44,902 nt of DNA, from the NCBI RefSeq assembly GCF_001194135.2, contig NC_068983.1, positions 166,450,100 through 166,495,001 of the forward strand, read 5' to 3'. The notes beneath the pieces are model-generated. The model worked only from the letters and a program-made list of their open reading frames with translations. It did not search any database and had not been told where the DNA came from. Made by a program: the position numbers and the translations under genes. The DNA is from Octopus bimaculoides. Taxonomy: Eukaryota. Shown in pieces: positions 25,760 through 38,065 of the stretch. The first letter of the stretch is position 1; the number at the start of each line of letters is the position of its first letter.

Positions 25760-26230
25760 CATCATCATCTTTTAACATCAGATAGAATTTGTTGAGACAG
25801 ATTTTCTATGGCCAGATGCTCTTCCAGCTACCAACCCTCACACCTGTTACCAAGCAAGGAAATATTTCCCCATGGTTGTATGTTTTTTGTTTTTTGTTTT
25901 TACAGAAGACTGTAAACAAAGGATACTGTTTGTATGATAGTGACACTTATTTTACAACTATCACATGTCAAAACAAAGTGACACAAATACATGCACCCCC
26001 CCCCCCCCCCCATGTACATATACATGGGACTTGGCATTGTGTGAGTTGTAAATGACAGTGTTGTTCATTTCCAATATTCTGTGTGGAGATATGTCTGGCT
26101 ATGGGGAAATATTACCTTCCTTGGAAACAGGTGAGTGTTGGTGACGGGAAGGGCACTCAGTTGTAGAAAATCTGCTTCAGTAAACTGCCCATCCCATGCA
26201 AGCTTGGGAAAATGGGCATGAAAAACAATA
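25760..26230. mobile_element. Two family H elements in head-to-head orientation
   Basis: 25760-25990 is the reverse complement (gatagaatttgttgagacagattttctatggccagatg...acctgttaccaagcaagg) of 26030-26230 (ccttggaaacaggtgag...gtagaaaatctgcttcag). Confidence 0.65.
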
Positions 26231-26241
26231 ACTTTGATTTA

Positions 26242-26296
<55 letters not shown>

Positions 26297-26384
26297 GGTT
26301 GGTTTCTTTCAGTTTCCATCTATCAAATCCACTCACAAGGAGTTGGCTAACCAGGAACTATGATAGAAGACTACAGAAAGCAAA

Positions 26385-26625
26385 GCTGCATTTATTTGCA
26401 TTTTTTGGTGTGATGTAGTTTCATCTGGTATCTCAGATAAAAATTTGTCTAAATGTTCTTTGATCACTTCTATGCCTCTTAGATCTGAAGTTTTTTTGGC
26501 AAGGTACTGAAAAGTTTTAAGGCCCTTGAACCCTAAGCTGTTACAGTATTCAGTCCTTACTCTAGAAAGAGAGGGTGGTGTCTTTGGTACTATGCAGTGG
26601 CATCCAGTTTGAGAGTTGGTATAGC
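26385..26625 (-). mobile_element. LINE ORF2 C-terminal relic (CR1/L2/Jockey-group-like)
   Basis: Translation TGCHCIVPKTPPSLSRVRTEYCNSLGFKGLKTFQYL..K.HLDKFLSEIPDETTS fits the 'NS...RG..LFN.LP......FK..LD.FL..IPD.P' terminus of these LINEs. Confidence 0.65.
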
Positions 26626-26869
26626 TTTCAATACTTACAAAATTAAAAACAAAAAGATTTGTTATCAAAGTCTTATAAAATAAAAGTTTACGAAAGAAAT
26701 AAACAATAAAATACAATAAATCAGGAACATCTTTGGTTAGCAATCAAACAAAATCTGAAGTACATCAAAGTTAGAACAGAGTGACCATCGAAAGCAACTT
26801 TATATATTTTTAAATATCAATTCTAATTCCACATCCTTTGCTTGATTAAAGCTAAAAAAGACACCTTAC

Positions 26870-26950
26870 CCTAAACTTTCTCTTGTTTGCTTCTACCGTT
26901 TGTCATCCATATTTTGGAAGTTTCAATAGAGCAGACGATAATTTAGTGTG
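26870..26950 (-). other. Candidate first (5' UTR) exon of a minus-strand gene
   Basis: Strong donor GTTTAGG|gtaagg at 26869. It lies just downstream (on the minus strand) of the NRF1-type motif. Both ATGs give short stop-terminated uORFs (MDDKR*, MTNGRSKQEKV*). The upstream boundary is a guess. Confidence 0.35.
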
Positions 26951-26955
26951 CTGAA

Positions 26956-26964
26956 GCGCATGCG
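26956..26964. promoter_or_regulatory. NRF1/ewg-type palindrome GCGCATGCG
   Basis: aGCGCATGCGt is close to the NRF1 consensus YGCGCAYGCGCR and sits at the edge of a CpG-retaining region. Confidence 0.45.
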
Positions 26965-27289
26965 TGAACGGAGAAGGGGGGGTGATAACAGAAAAAATTT
27001 AAAAAATATACTGTCCAACCACTTCCTCCTTCAATATTTACTCACACTATCACTTCCTGCAATTTTTCCTACTCACAATACCTCCACCATTAATTATACT
27101 CATCTGTAATAAACCTAAATAGATGACATTAAATGGTAGCATAATATTTAAACACTTAACATTATAGCAACCCCCTTCTCCCCCTAAAAATAATTCTTAG
27201 CGACAGAAGCAGTCTTAATACCAAAAGACTTTCGCCTCTCTCTTCAACTAATCACACATAATTCTTTCTAATATAGACGCATGGTCAGT

Positions 27290-27475
27290 AATCTAAAAGG
27301 AAGGGGATTAAACAATTACATCGACACCCTGTGCTCAACTTCTATTTATTCCATCGATCCCAAAATGATAAAAGGTGAAGTCAACCTTAGCGACATTTGA
27401 ACTCAGAACGTAAAGAACTGGAAGAAATGCCGCTAAGCAGTTTGTCTGTCGTGCTAACAATTCTGCCAACTCGCT
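27290..27475 (-). mobile_element. tRNA-derived SINE family D, CpG-intact copy
   Basis: Minus strand reads agcgagttggcagaattgttagcacgac...gcttagcggc...ttacgttctgagttcaaatgtcgct and is homologous to 3058-3272. Confidence 0.8.
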
Positions 27476-28264
27476 GGGGGGGAAAAAAGAAACCTTTAAA
27501 ATTCCCCATCAAATCAATACATTGATTGCTTAATCCTTTCTACTACTCATCAATCAATAATAGATAAAAATCCAAGAATTGTGACAGAAATCATACCATT
27601 TGACCTTGGTCTATTTGTGTGACTTGTGCACTAATCCCACGCTGTTAAATGAAATAATGGCTAGACAGCTGCCAATTGAACAACTATACTCAATACCAAT
27701 GCAAGAAATCGATATAAAATACATTGATTTATCGGTTTATTTTGTTTCAGTTAAAGATAATTCCCAAAACCTTGTCATCAAAAGATACAAATATCGTTAT
27801 ATAACGACACTGCAGATAAATTGTGAAAAGCCATTTCAGTAAAAGCGAGAAAACGATTCAAGTTTGGTCAGCAGCACTTTTACAACATGCAGAAAGAAAA
27901 ACCTTCTCCGAGATTCCCGATTCTGTATAAACTTTTTCACAACAAACACAGCGTCGACACCACGATCATAACAAAAATGTAATGGTGAAACATAAGCTAC
28001 ACAGAGGAGACACCATTACCACCATTTCACAAGCGCCATACCAATCAGTAACTCTGTAAAATATGGGAGGTTTTTCTGCCGCATCCTGCATATTGTATTG
28101 AATCAGTGGTTTTAAATTGGGGTCCATATGATTCCCGAAGATCCATATAAGATTTTAGTGAGTCCACACAAGCAGAATAGTAGGTAAATTAAGAGATATC
28201 TTAATATTATATAGTGTAGCAAAACAAAAACCTCCCATATTCACTTTTCTTGATACATGTTTGA

Positions 28265-28545
28265 TATGCGTGGTACCTTGGGCAAGTGTCTTCTAATTAT
28301 GGCCTAGGGCCGACCAAAGCCTGATGAGTAGATTTCGGAGACGGAAAACTGAAAGAATGTCGTATCCGGTGTCTTTGTGCCTGTGTTTGTCACCCACCAC
28401 TACCTGACAACCGGTGTTGGTGTGTATACGTTCTCATAACTTAGCGGCTTGACAAAAGTGATCAATAGAATAAGTACTGGGGTCGATTCGTTCAACTAAA
28501 ATCATTCGTGGTGGTGCCCCAGCATAGCCGCAGTCTAAGCCTGAA
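28265..28545 (+). mobile_element. SINE family B (5'-truncated)
   Basis: accttgggcaagtgtcttct...ccgaccaaagcc...gacggaaaactgaaag...aacttagcgg...gatagaataagtac-like...ccagcatagccgcagtc. Confidence 0.8.
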
Positions 28546-31500
28546 TCTATATATGCAGTCTTTACAGCTCGATGTAGCATCACTGACCTACAACTGATTG
28601 TTTAAGGCTTTGTATGTTAAAGTATAACCAAACTAGCAACATTTTTATGTAAATTAAAACAAAAATTCAATTCAGTTCAACTTCAAAACATGAAGAAAAA
28701 TAAACAAAATTAGAAGAATCCTGCCAGTTTATACTATATATATTTATTTATTTATTTCAATACTGAATGACTGGAGAAAATCTTTAAGACAACCTGCTTT
28801 AATCATTTCATCTATATAAAGAACGAAGATAAAATCTTAAAACAAACAACTTCAATGTATTTAATTTCTCTTGCACTAATACTTATGTGAGATTAACAAC
28901 TTTACAGATAACAGCAACTCTCAAAAAAAGAAATGAACTATCAAAAGAAATAGCAAAACATTTTCTTTCCAAAGTTATTTACTCAACTAAGCTATTTACA
29001 TATCAGCACATCTTGACTATTTGATAGAGAATTACGGACGGCTTCTTCCTTCTTTTCTTTTTTAATAAAGAGGGAAAAGAAGCCGAATAAAAATCATTCA
29101 GCAAACAAGATGTAGATATAAATAAACTTTATTAGATAATGTTAACGGGCCACGAATTTATGTCAGCAAAATTTCGCTGTTATATTTATCATATTTTCGT
29201 TGGCATACGCTAAGAAAGAGCACCTAGAAATATGTTATATTCTGGTAACGCTCTTAACCATAACATCTGCACAGTTTATAGAGGGATAAATATATTCAAG
29301 CAAGCCTATTTAAGTCTTATGTTACCATATTTCTGTTGATTCACAGCATCTTTGGCTCAGTTAATTTTGAACATAATGAAGAATTTAATAAAATAACTAT
29401 TGTTTTTATTAAACTGGGGTTTGGAACATATATTAACACGAAAATTTCGATGGAAAGTTTTAATTTACTATGTATTCAATCAGGAATTTTGTATCAGAGA
29501 ACCAATGGTGGTCTCTGATGGGTTGGAAACAAAATTGTTAAACAAAGCAGAATGTGTTGTTATTAGTGGTGGTCACGGCATTCCAAGGAAAGAGATAGTC
29601 AATTAGAAAAGACAGATAGAAATATAGCGTTTTAGTTTTAGAAAAGCTGCTACCCAACAAGGCGTTTTTCTCCCATTACAAATATTTTCTACATTTCAAA
29701 CGTTTGAAATTACCCTTTCAGTGATATTGCTTTCAAAAGTCCCAATTTTGTTTTCCACACAACCATTTGTGAAAAATCTTTAATGTTTCTACCAACTCCA
29801 GAAACCACAAAAAGCTTTAAAAAGTCTTAATTTTTGTGGTGGTAATTTTATAAATAACAACTATTACAAAATTTCCTGTTTTAAAGTTATATAAATTAAA
29901 AGCTTCCATTAAAATTTCATGTCCCAAACAGCAGTTTCCTAACAAAGTTATTTCACTAAATTCTTTACTGCATCAAAATTGGTTGAACGAAAGGCAGTGT
30001 ATTTCAATAGGGATATGTTAACTAAAGAGTTAACCATCAATCTTATCACTATCTTACTAAATTCTTCATTAATTTCAAAATTAGTTATAACAATTTCAGA
30101 AGAAATATAGCAGGAAAGGTTTTTATCTGCTTATAATTACTCTCCCCTTCAAAACCACATTTCTTGACTAGACATGCATTGTCAAGAAAAATGTCTTCTC
30201 TCTTGTGTAATACCAACTAACGTCTTTGATAATCAATCAGTCTCTTGATTTGTCCATAGAAATAAGCATTGTACACGACAGATCACAGTCAATGTATTTC
30301 TCTCCAAATTATTAAAAATCCTATGAATTCACAACCATTTAACTCCTTACTTAGACACCAAAATAATCCGATTTTTTTCTTCTTTTTTTTTTTGGCCCCA
30401 AACGAGTCCTTACTTGAATACTTCAAATGCTCTGATTCAATCAGCAGAAACCCCAACCAAGAACTTCTCCAATCTCCACCATGATGTAATGGCTTTTGTT
30501 TTTATGTAATAAAATAGAATAAAACTAACAATTCCATGAAAATATAACAAACATGTTCAAGCCAAAGACTATAAGCTAAATTTATTAAAATACTTTTTCT
30601 TGTTTGTTTTTTTTAATTCTATTCTCTCTTTATTATTTTGTGATGTTATTACATGGTGAACCATTTATCAGAAAGCATTAATTTCAGAACAATATTAGCA
30701 GTGGAGTCGATTTCAGCTTCATCTTATAATTAACCTGTTATGCTTTACTGAATCAGTTCTTATTATAACCTTTAGTTAGATGCAGAGTAACTAAACGTTC
30801 ACAACAGAACCTTCAGAAGGGTCTATTTGATTAGGATTCCCTTAAAATCAAGATAAACCACCTCAAAATGAAAATCCAATAAAAAGGAAAAATATTTCCC
30901 CATAAATCAACCAAAGCCATGTGAGTGGATTTAGTTGGTGGAAACTGGAAGAAGCCTGACGTGTGAGTGTCTGTTTGTATTGCTTTGTCTTCAGATCATG
31001 TGATAGGTGCAAATAAACATCACGATCACACACAAGCAGGGTCCTTCATTTCCAATCTTCAGAGTAAACATCTCCAACCATGACCTTACTTGGATGGTGA
31101 GAAGGGAGTCTAGTCATAGAAAATCTGCCTCAACAAATTCTGTCTGACCCAAGCAAGCTTGGAAAACTGGGCATTCAAACAATGACAATGGTGACAACAA
31201 TGCTCATACCATTTACTACAATAGTGGTAAAACTTGCAAATTTTCTATCCTTTTATTAATTTGTTCAATAAAAAAATCACGTACTGAATCTCTTCTGGGC
31301 GATTTCATACAAGGGGCATATCAACTTACTTCATAATGGTGAATGTCAGCTAAATAAATATTTTAAATCAACTTGCAAACAAAAGAGGTGACTTACAAGC
31401 TACAATGGGTTCCAAATACAATAGGCAATAATACAAAAGCTGGCACCAAAAAAAGACACAGAATGAGACCAACTAAAAGAAATTGGATTAAAATAATCAG

Positions 31501-31799
31501 TGATTAACTTCATTAATTAACTCAACTGTTTTCATTGAAATACTACTCCTGAACTGCTTGCATCTATTATTTACTCATTTCAATTTAATCTTAACACATG
31601 TCAAAGCTACCTAAGGATTTTTTTTTTTTTTACTTTATCATATTTCACCTTCATTTGTTGCATTCTTTGTTTTTTAATGAAACTATTAACTGAATCTATT
31701 TAATAAAAATAAGAAGGAAACAAAACATCTTTTGAATAAATTTAGTATATTGTATTTAATGTTAACATTGAAGCAGTTCATAAAATATTTTGGGGTTTG

Positions 31800-32100
31800 C
31801 TGAATCAATGCCTTGAAGGGGTTGTTAGTTGAACAAATTGACCCTAATATGCATTTTTAGGTTTAGTACTTATTCTATCGGTTTCTTTTGCTGAACCACT
31901 AAGGGACCAACTGCAGTTGCCAAGTGGGGAGCAACAGACACCCAGACATATACGAACCTCTAAGCAGGGAGTGTCTTCCAAATTCACTCACAAGGCATTG
32001 GTCAGCCCAAGTTTATAATAGAAGACACTTGTACAGTGGGATTGAACCCCAAACAATGTGGTTGCAAAGCAAGCTTCTTAACCACATCCTATGCCTATAT
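31800..32100 (-). mobile_element. SINE family B (inverted, head-to-head with 32167-32538)
   Basis: Reverse-complement match: tacttattctatcggtttcttttgctgaacc...attcactcacaaggcattggtc...gaaccccaaacaatgtggttgcaaagcaagcttcttaaccac. Confidence 0.75.
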
Positions 32101-32166
32101 TCTACAAAGAGAAACAGTGTAACAGATGTCAGTTGGTACCAAAAGTTCTATAAACTTGTTACCATA

Positions 32167-32538
32167 GGCACAGGAGTGGCTGTGTGGTAAGTAGCTTGCT
32201 TACCAACCACATGGTTCCAGGTTCAGTCCCATGTGTAGCACCTTGGGCAAGTGTCAGGCCAACCAAAGCTTTGTGAGTGGATTTGGTAGACAGAAACTGA
32301 AAGAAGCCCATCATATATATATATATGTATGTGTTGGTGTATCTGTGTTTGTCCCCCCAACATCGCTTGACAACTGATGCTGCTGTGCTTACATCTCCGT
32401 AACTTAGCAGTTCGGAAAAAGAGACCAATAGAATAAGTACTAGGCTTACAAAGAATAAGTCCCGGGGTCGATTTGCTCAACTAAAGGCAGTGCTCCAGCA
32501 TGGCCGCAGTCAAATGACTGAAACAAATAAAAGAATAA
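32167..32538 (+). mobile_element. Full-length tRNA-derived SINE family B
   Basis: A-box-like tggctgtgtgg, B-box-like ggttcagtccc, a central (AT)n, a conserved 3' domain (aacttagcagttcgg..gagaccaatagaataagtac) and an aaagaataa tail. Confidence 0.9.
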
Positions 32539-33020
32539 CAGCATAAAATCAGAAAAACCAAACTAGTTTCAAAGACAGACTTTAAATATGCCAATGATAA
32601 ACATTTATTCTAACAATTTATTTCTTCAGCCATTTCCATGTTCATAGAAGTTGTACATTTTATAAGAACAGAGAATGTACGTTTTATTCCAAATAAATTA
32701 ATTAAAAACAATATTTTTAATCATACAAAAATATTTCCATGTTAGTGATGCTTATTTACCACTACCCTACGATGTCAAAACTAGGGTATGTATACACGTG
32801 CATGCATATACATATATCCATCCACCCCACACACTCTTCTAAAATTTGAATGGCCATATTAGCCTTATAAATCAAGAGACCTTTCCTGCTTAAGCCCTTT
32901 TCTCTCATACTTTAACCCATCATCACTTTGTATAAAACCTCCTCTTTCAGAGCTCTTGGACTTGTAAGCTGCATGGGAACTCACTAGTGCTGGTGGCCCC
33001 CTGTACATGCAGTAAAATCT

Positions 33021-33067
33021 GTGGCCTCGCAATATTTAGAAAGATTTTCTAAATACTGCAAGGCCAC
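33021..33067 (-). other. 22-bp stem / 3-nt loop inverted repeat
   Basis: gtggcctcgcaatatttagaaa-gat-tttctaaatactgcaaggccac. The two mismatches on the plus strand are G-U pairs on the minus strand. Confidence 0.85.
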
Positions 33068-34298
33068 TGTCAAAATAAAGTTATAACCAAACAATATTCC
33101 AGTTGTGTTGAATAAATTCAGATAAGCTGACATTTGTGAGGTGTTTGCTGATAAGAGATATCTCTCAATAGGTGGCACAGTGACACAAAGCACAAGGCTC
33201 TTCTATGGAGATGCTCAATCAGCTACAAATTACATCCAAATCTTTCTGAAATCATATCCTTTCAGTCTTACAAAATAAGTAAAGTACCATACTTGGAAAA
33301 AAACAAAAGGGATGGTCACGATTGGAATCATCACAGTCACACCTACTCTCTCATGTTTGTATGGGTCAAACAAATGGAGAGTGTGGGGGTCAGATTTTTC
33401 TATGACCAGATGCCCTTCCTGTCACCAAATCTCACTTGTTTCCAAGTGAAATAAAACATCAAACAAATGAGCCTTTTGTTTACAAAAATCACATGACACA
33501 TCAAGAAAGCCATGTGGACTGCAAATAAATGAAAACTGTGAGCAAAACCAGTGCTTACAAGTAGCAAATGCACACACATGTAGATGAGAAAATACCAACT
33601 CACACACACACATGTATACATGCAATGGGTTTCAGTTTCTGTCAACCAAATCTATACACAAAGCTTTGGTCAGCCTCGGGCTATAGAAGAAGACACCTGG
33701 CGAAAATGCCATGCAGCAGGACCGAACCCAAAACCATGTGGTTGGGAAGCAAACTTCTTAGTCACACATCCATGCCTACAACTGATATAAACATCAGAAA
33801 GAACACTAAAAAAATCAATGCTTTATGAAGAAAGAGCCTTGAGGAATTTGTTTGGCAACGGATTCCTCTGTTACTCTTGTCAACCAATAATACACAGCTA
33901 ACCCAGATTGACCCATTGGAAACTTGTAAGCTTCAATACTGTTATACTTTAAATTCCAATATAAAATAAGTAAATAAATATAATGAATAGGCCAGCTCAA
34001 ACCAAGCTGACATGTGGCTAAACATCAATATATATTCAGTGACAGGAGCTGAGACATTGAGAGTGAAATGTCTTGTCTTTGCCAAAGAACAACATTGAAG
34101 AAAAGATGCAAGCAGTGAAGCATTTTAGTTGAGAGACTGTTTCTTGGCTCAGCCGGCTGTAGCTTTTACGTTTAGTCATCAATGTACTAAAATGTATTAG
34201 TTTCTATTCAAAAAATAAACCACATGAAGCCCTTATAAGAGGTTATATGTGTATCACTAAAAACTACTTGCAAGAACTGGAAAATTGTATGTGTAATA

Positions 34299-35184
34299 CA
34301 CGAGGTAGTATCAAAAAGTTCCTAGATTGGTTACAAATGGCAGCACATGGTTGCATGTGCTGTGAGAGCTAGCAGTGACCTTCCTGAAGCAGTGTACCGA
34401 GTGACATTGCTGTGTTTACTTCACAAGTTGTGAAATTTGTATTTTTGTGATCATCTGTATGTTATAGTCTGTGATTTTGTCATGGACATCACGTCAAAGT
34501 CTGTCAAGATCTCCATCAGCATACCACTGATGACCCATCCTTCATGTCAAGGATCATTACCAGTGACAAGAGTTGGGTCTACAGGTATGACCCTAAGACA
34601 AAGCAGTAATCATCACAAGGGAAGAGCCCTTCGTCTCCACAACTGAAGAAGGCACAACAGAGCTGCAGCTCAATCAAGGGCATGCTCATAATATTTTTTT
34701 GACATCTGCAATATTTGTGCATCGAGAATTTATCCGCCAAGGCCAGACCATCAACGTTTTGGAATGTTTGAGGAAGAATGTTTGGTGAAAGCAAGTGGAT
34801 CTCTGGAGCATGAGGAATTGGATTCTTCACAAACTCTCTTCACTTGTAAGTTTCTTGCCCAAAACATGGTATCGCTTCTGCACCCACCCTATTCACCAGA
34901 TTTAGCACCAATTGACTTCCATTACTTTACCAAGATGAAAATGCAGCTCAAAGGTCACTGTTATAACACCGTTGTTGAGATTCAGAGTAAATCACAGAAA
35001 GTCCTCGACTTGCTTACAGAAAACAACTTCCAGGCCGCATTCCAAAAGTGGCAAGAACACTGGAACTGGTGTATTGCTGTGCAAGGTGATTATTTCAAAG
35101 GAGACGATGTTAAAACTTAGATAAATAAGTTATTTTTCATTAAACATAACTAGTTTGGGAACTTTTTGAAATGTACATTGTGTG
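34299..35184 (+). mobile_element. Internally deleted, inactive mariner (DD34D-type) transposon
   Basis: Degenerate TIRs (cacgaggtagtatcaaaaagttcc ... ggaactttttgaaatgtacattgtgtg) with TA flanks. Relic motifs: GDKSWVYRYDPKTKQ*, MLIIFFDI..HREFI.QGQT.N, HPPYSPDLAPIDF..F.KMK.QLKG..W...W..CI..QGDYF. It has frameshifts and lacks the second catalytic Asp region. Confidence 0.92.
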
Positions 35185-35762
35185 TATAAGTGTAAACAAT
35201 TTAGAGAAATAGGGGTCATGTAGCAGACAATCAGGTAACATCAAAACTGGAAATTTTAAAAAGGAGGAAACTTAAGAATTATATTAAAATTAGAGAGGGT
35301 AACATCATGTGACAGAAAAGTTTGGAAGTAGACTTTTGTCAGCATAGAGAGGCTTGTGCAAAAATGGTGAAATGAATGCAAATTTTCAAAAGAAAAATAT
35401 TTAATACCTTAAAACAAAATTTCAAATTGGAAACAAAATGACTCTCTTTGTTGATGTCATATTAGGGGGGCTTACACACACTCTCTTTCAATACATATAT
35501 ATATATATATACTTCCTTTCCTTCTCCTTTGATACTCTCTGACTGATACTCATTGCTTGCCACCGAGTATGTGCACTCATCCTGCACCTCTTATGTTAAC
35601 TCTCTCTCTCTCTAAACCTCTCTTTTATTCTCTCACCCCTCTCTCTATATGACATAAAGCATAACTGAAAAACACAACCAACCAACATATTTATATTGGT
35701 TATTATAACATAGTGAAATACATTACAGAAGCTTTGGAACAGAGCTGGTAACTTCATCCTAG

Positions 35763-35933
35763 ATTTCTTCTAGTTTTCTTCCTCTCCAGCTTTAGTCACT
35801 CCACCAACACTAGAAATCCATGGGGCTTGTTCAGGCCTCTGCATGCCTACTTTCTTCCAAACAATTTAACAGCTGTAATCCTTTTGTATTATCCTAATTC
35901 CACTAATTCTGTGAATCCTTTTCACTTGGTTTA
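35763..35933 (+). repeat. 171-bp inverted duplication, copy 1
   Basis: Base-for-base reverse complement of 39218-39388 (atttcttctagttttcttcctctccagc...gaatccttttcacttggttta). Confidence 0.95.
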
Positions 35934-37029
35934 TGCAAATAGAAAATTCTATCACTTATAGATTCAGTGGGGAAGGGGTTGTTTTGCTTTTAATTTTAAA
36001 TTTAAAATAGTAATATGACTATATTTAAATTAATTAGCTAAGGAAGATTAAAAATATATAAAGCCCAATCTTTGAAGTTTATACTATTAACCAATTTCAT
36101 GTCTTATAATAATCTTACAGAGCTTAAAAAATTACCATTGATTATATCATGTATAAATTATTTAATTATTTAAATTAGATTATATATAAAAGAAATGGAG
36201 CCTCTGAAATTAGAAAACCTTGTTAAAATGTATAAGAATTAGTAACGAAATATATTTTGTGAGATGAAAATGTCTCCCTCCAAATTTTAACTTAAGATGG
36301 TCATGGAATTAAGGTAAAAAAATACAGTGAAGTTTCCTAAGATTTGTCGTGTTCATCAATATGTAATTAAAACTACAAAGAACATTTATCAATATCAAAG
36401 AATAAGGAGATACTTATATATCACCATCATTGTTTTAGCATTCATTTTTCCATGTTTGCATCAGCTAGACAGAACTGAGACGGTTTTGTATGGCTGGATG
36501 CCCTTCCTTTCACCAACCTTAAACTACTTTTAAACAAGGTATTTTCTCTCATGGTCAGACATGCTTTTATGGAAGATTGGAAGCAAACAACTACTTATAT
36601 AATAGTAATGCTCATTTACAACTATCACATGAAAGTATGGAGACAGACATGTGTGCATGCACGTACACACACACACATAATGGGCTTCTTTCAGTTTCTG
36701 TCAACCAAATCCACTCATAAGGCACTTGGTCTAGACACACACACACATACACACACACACATATATATGCCAGTATAATGTTAAGAGAGGGATTTCATTT
36801 TTCATACTCTTGGAGACAAAAATGCAAACTGACAGACATTCCAGTCTAATTCACAAAACCATTACTTGAAAATATTTCAAATTAACAAATAAAATTAACA
36901 ATTAACCCAATAATTATAATCTTTATTTGAGAGACTTAATTATTTTTCTTTCTTGAACTTTAATCCTTTCATGGATCTAGATAAGGGCTTTAAATAAGGG
37001 TCCACATCTTATTCTTGTTACATTTTTGT

Positions 37030-37250
37030 TTAACCCTTTAGTATTTAGATTACTCAAATGTAATATTTGTTTATTTATATTGTTTTCAATTAATCATGCA
37101 TCATTAATAGTTTAGAGATTTTAATGATGTGATTGTTTAGTTTTAGAATGACACTGTATGACCGAGGTGAGAAGCTGGATCTGGCCAGTTTCAGTATAAA
37201 ACAGGTTAAATATTCTGGCCAGATTTGGCCGGTTTGAATGCTAAAGGGTG
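37030..37250 (+). mobile_element. Near-complete TTAA-type MITE family E. Other copies at ~15880-16030 and 17968-18165(-)
   Basis: Left ttaaccctttagtatt and right aatgctaaagggtg. The internal sequence matches 86-135 plus 1013-1154. Confidence 0.75.
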
Positions 37251-37889
37251 AGTTTTAAAGAGTGTGGTAGATTAGCAAAGTGGTTAGAGCATCAAAGTGT
37301 CTTGCAGTATTTGTTCTGAGTTCAAATCTTGCCAAGGTCAACTTTGCCTCCCAGACCAGCCAAATAGTGGATGAGAAGGGGTCAATTTTATCAAATAGTC
37401 CCTCCCCACAAGAAGGAAATTTGTGACAATGTGTCTATGTTATAAATACTTAATTTCTAATACTTTATATACAAAGTAGTTCCCCAGAATAGCCACAGAC
37501 CAAAGTCTGAGGCAAAAAGAAACAAAGTCTGAAATAAGGGTTTCAGCTTGTTCAGTTTTGCACCCAGTTTTCATTCTGCCAAAGTGGACCAGTTTACAAA
37601 ACTGAAATACAGCACACACACAGAGGGTGGTACTCCAGCTTGGCCTTGGCTGTGATGTCAAACAAACTAGCTCTCTTAACACACAAGTTCCTCACTACTT
37701 TGTTATACTGGGAAGTTTTATAATTGCCCTCCATATTATCAACCACTGTGATGGTGGCACATCCTGGCTTTCTTCTTTGTGGCACTTGGATAACTTGAAA
37801 CCCGTTCTACTGCATATCAGCATCATCTTTAATGAACAAGATTAATTATAGTAGACAATGGCTGAATGTATCATATACATGTGTGTACA

Positions 37890-38065
37890 CACACACACAC
37901 ACACACACACACAAGCTTCTTTCAGTTTTCATCTACCAAATCCACTAACAAGGCTTTGGTTGGCCTGATGCTATGGTACAAAACACATGCTCAAGGTACT
38001 ACACGGTGGCGGGACTGAACCTAAAACCGCATGGAAAAAAAGCTTCTCGACCACACAGCCATGCC
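37890..38065 (-). mobile_element. SINE family B 5' half. Similar minus copies at ~11900-12120, 14190-14340, 21160-21310, 33600-33790, 36670-36770, 41760-41925
   Basis: gcttctttcagttttcatctaccaaatccactaacaaggctttggttggcc...gggactgaacc...accacacagcc. Confidence 0.75.
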
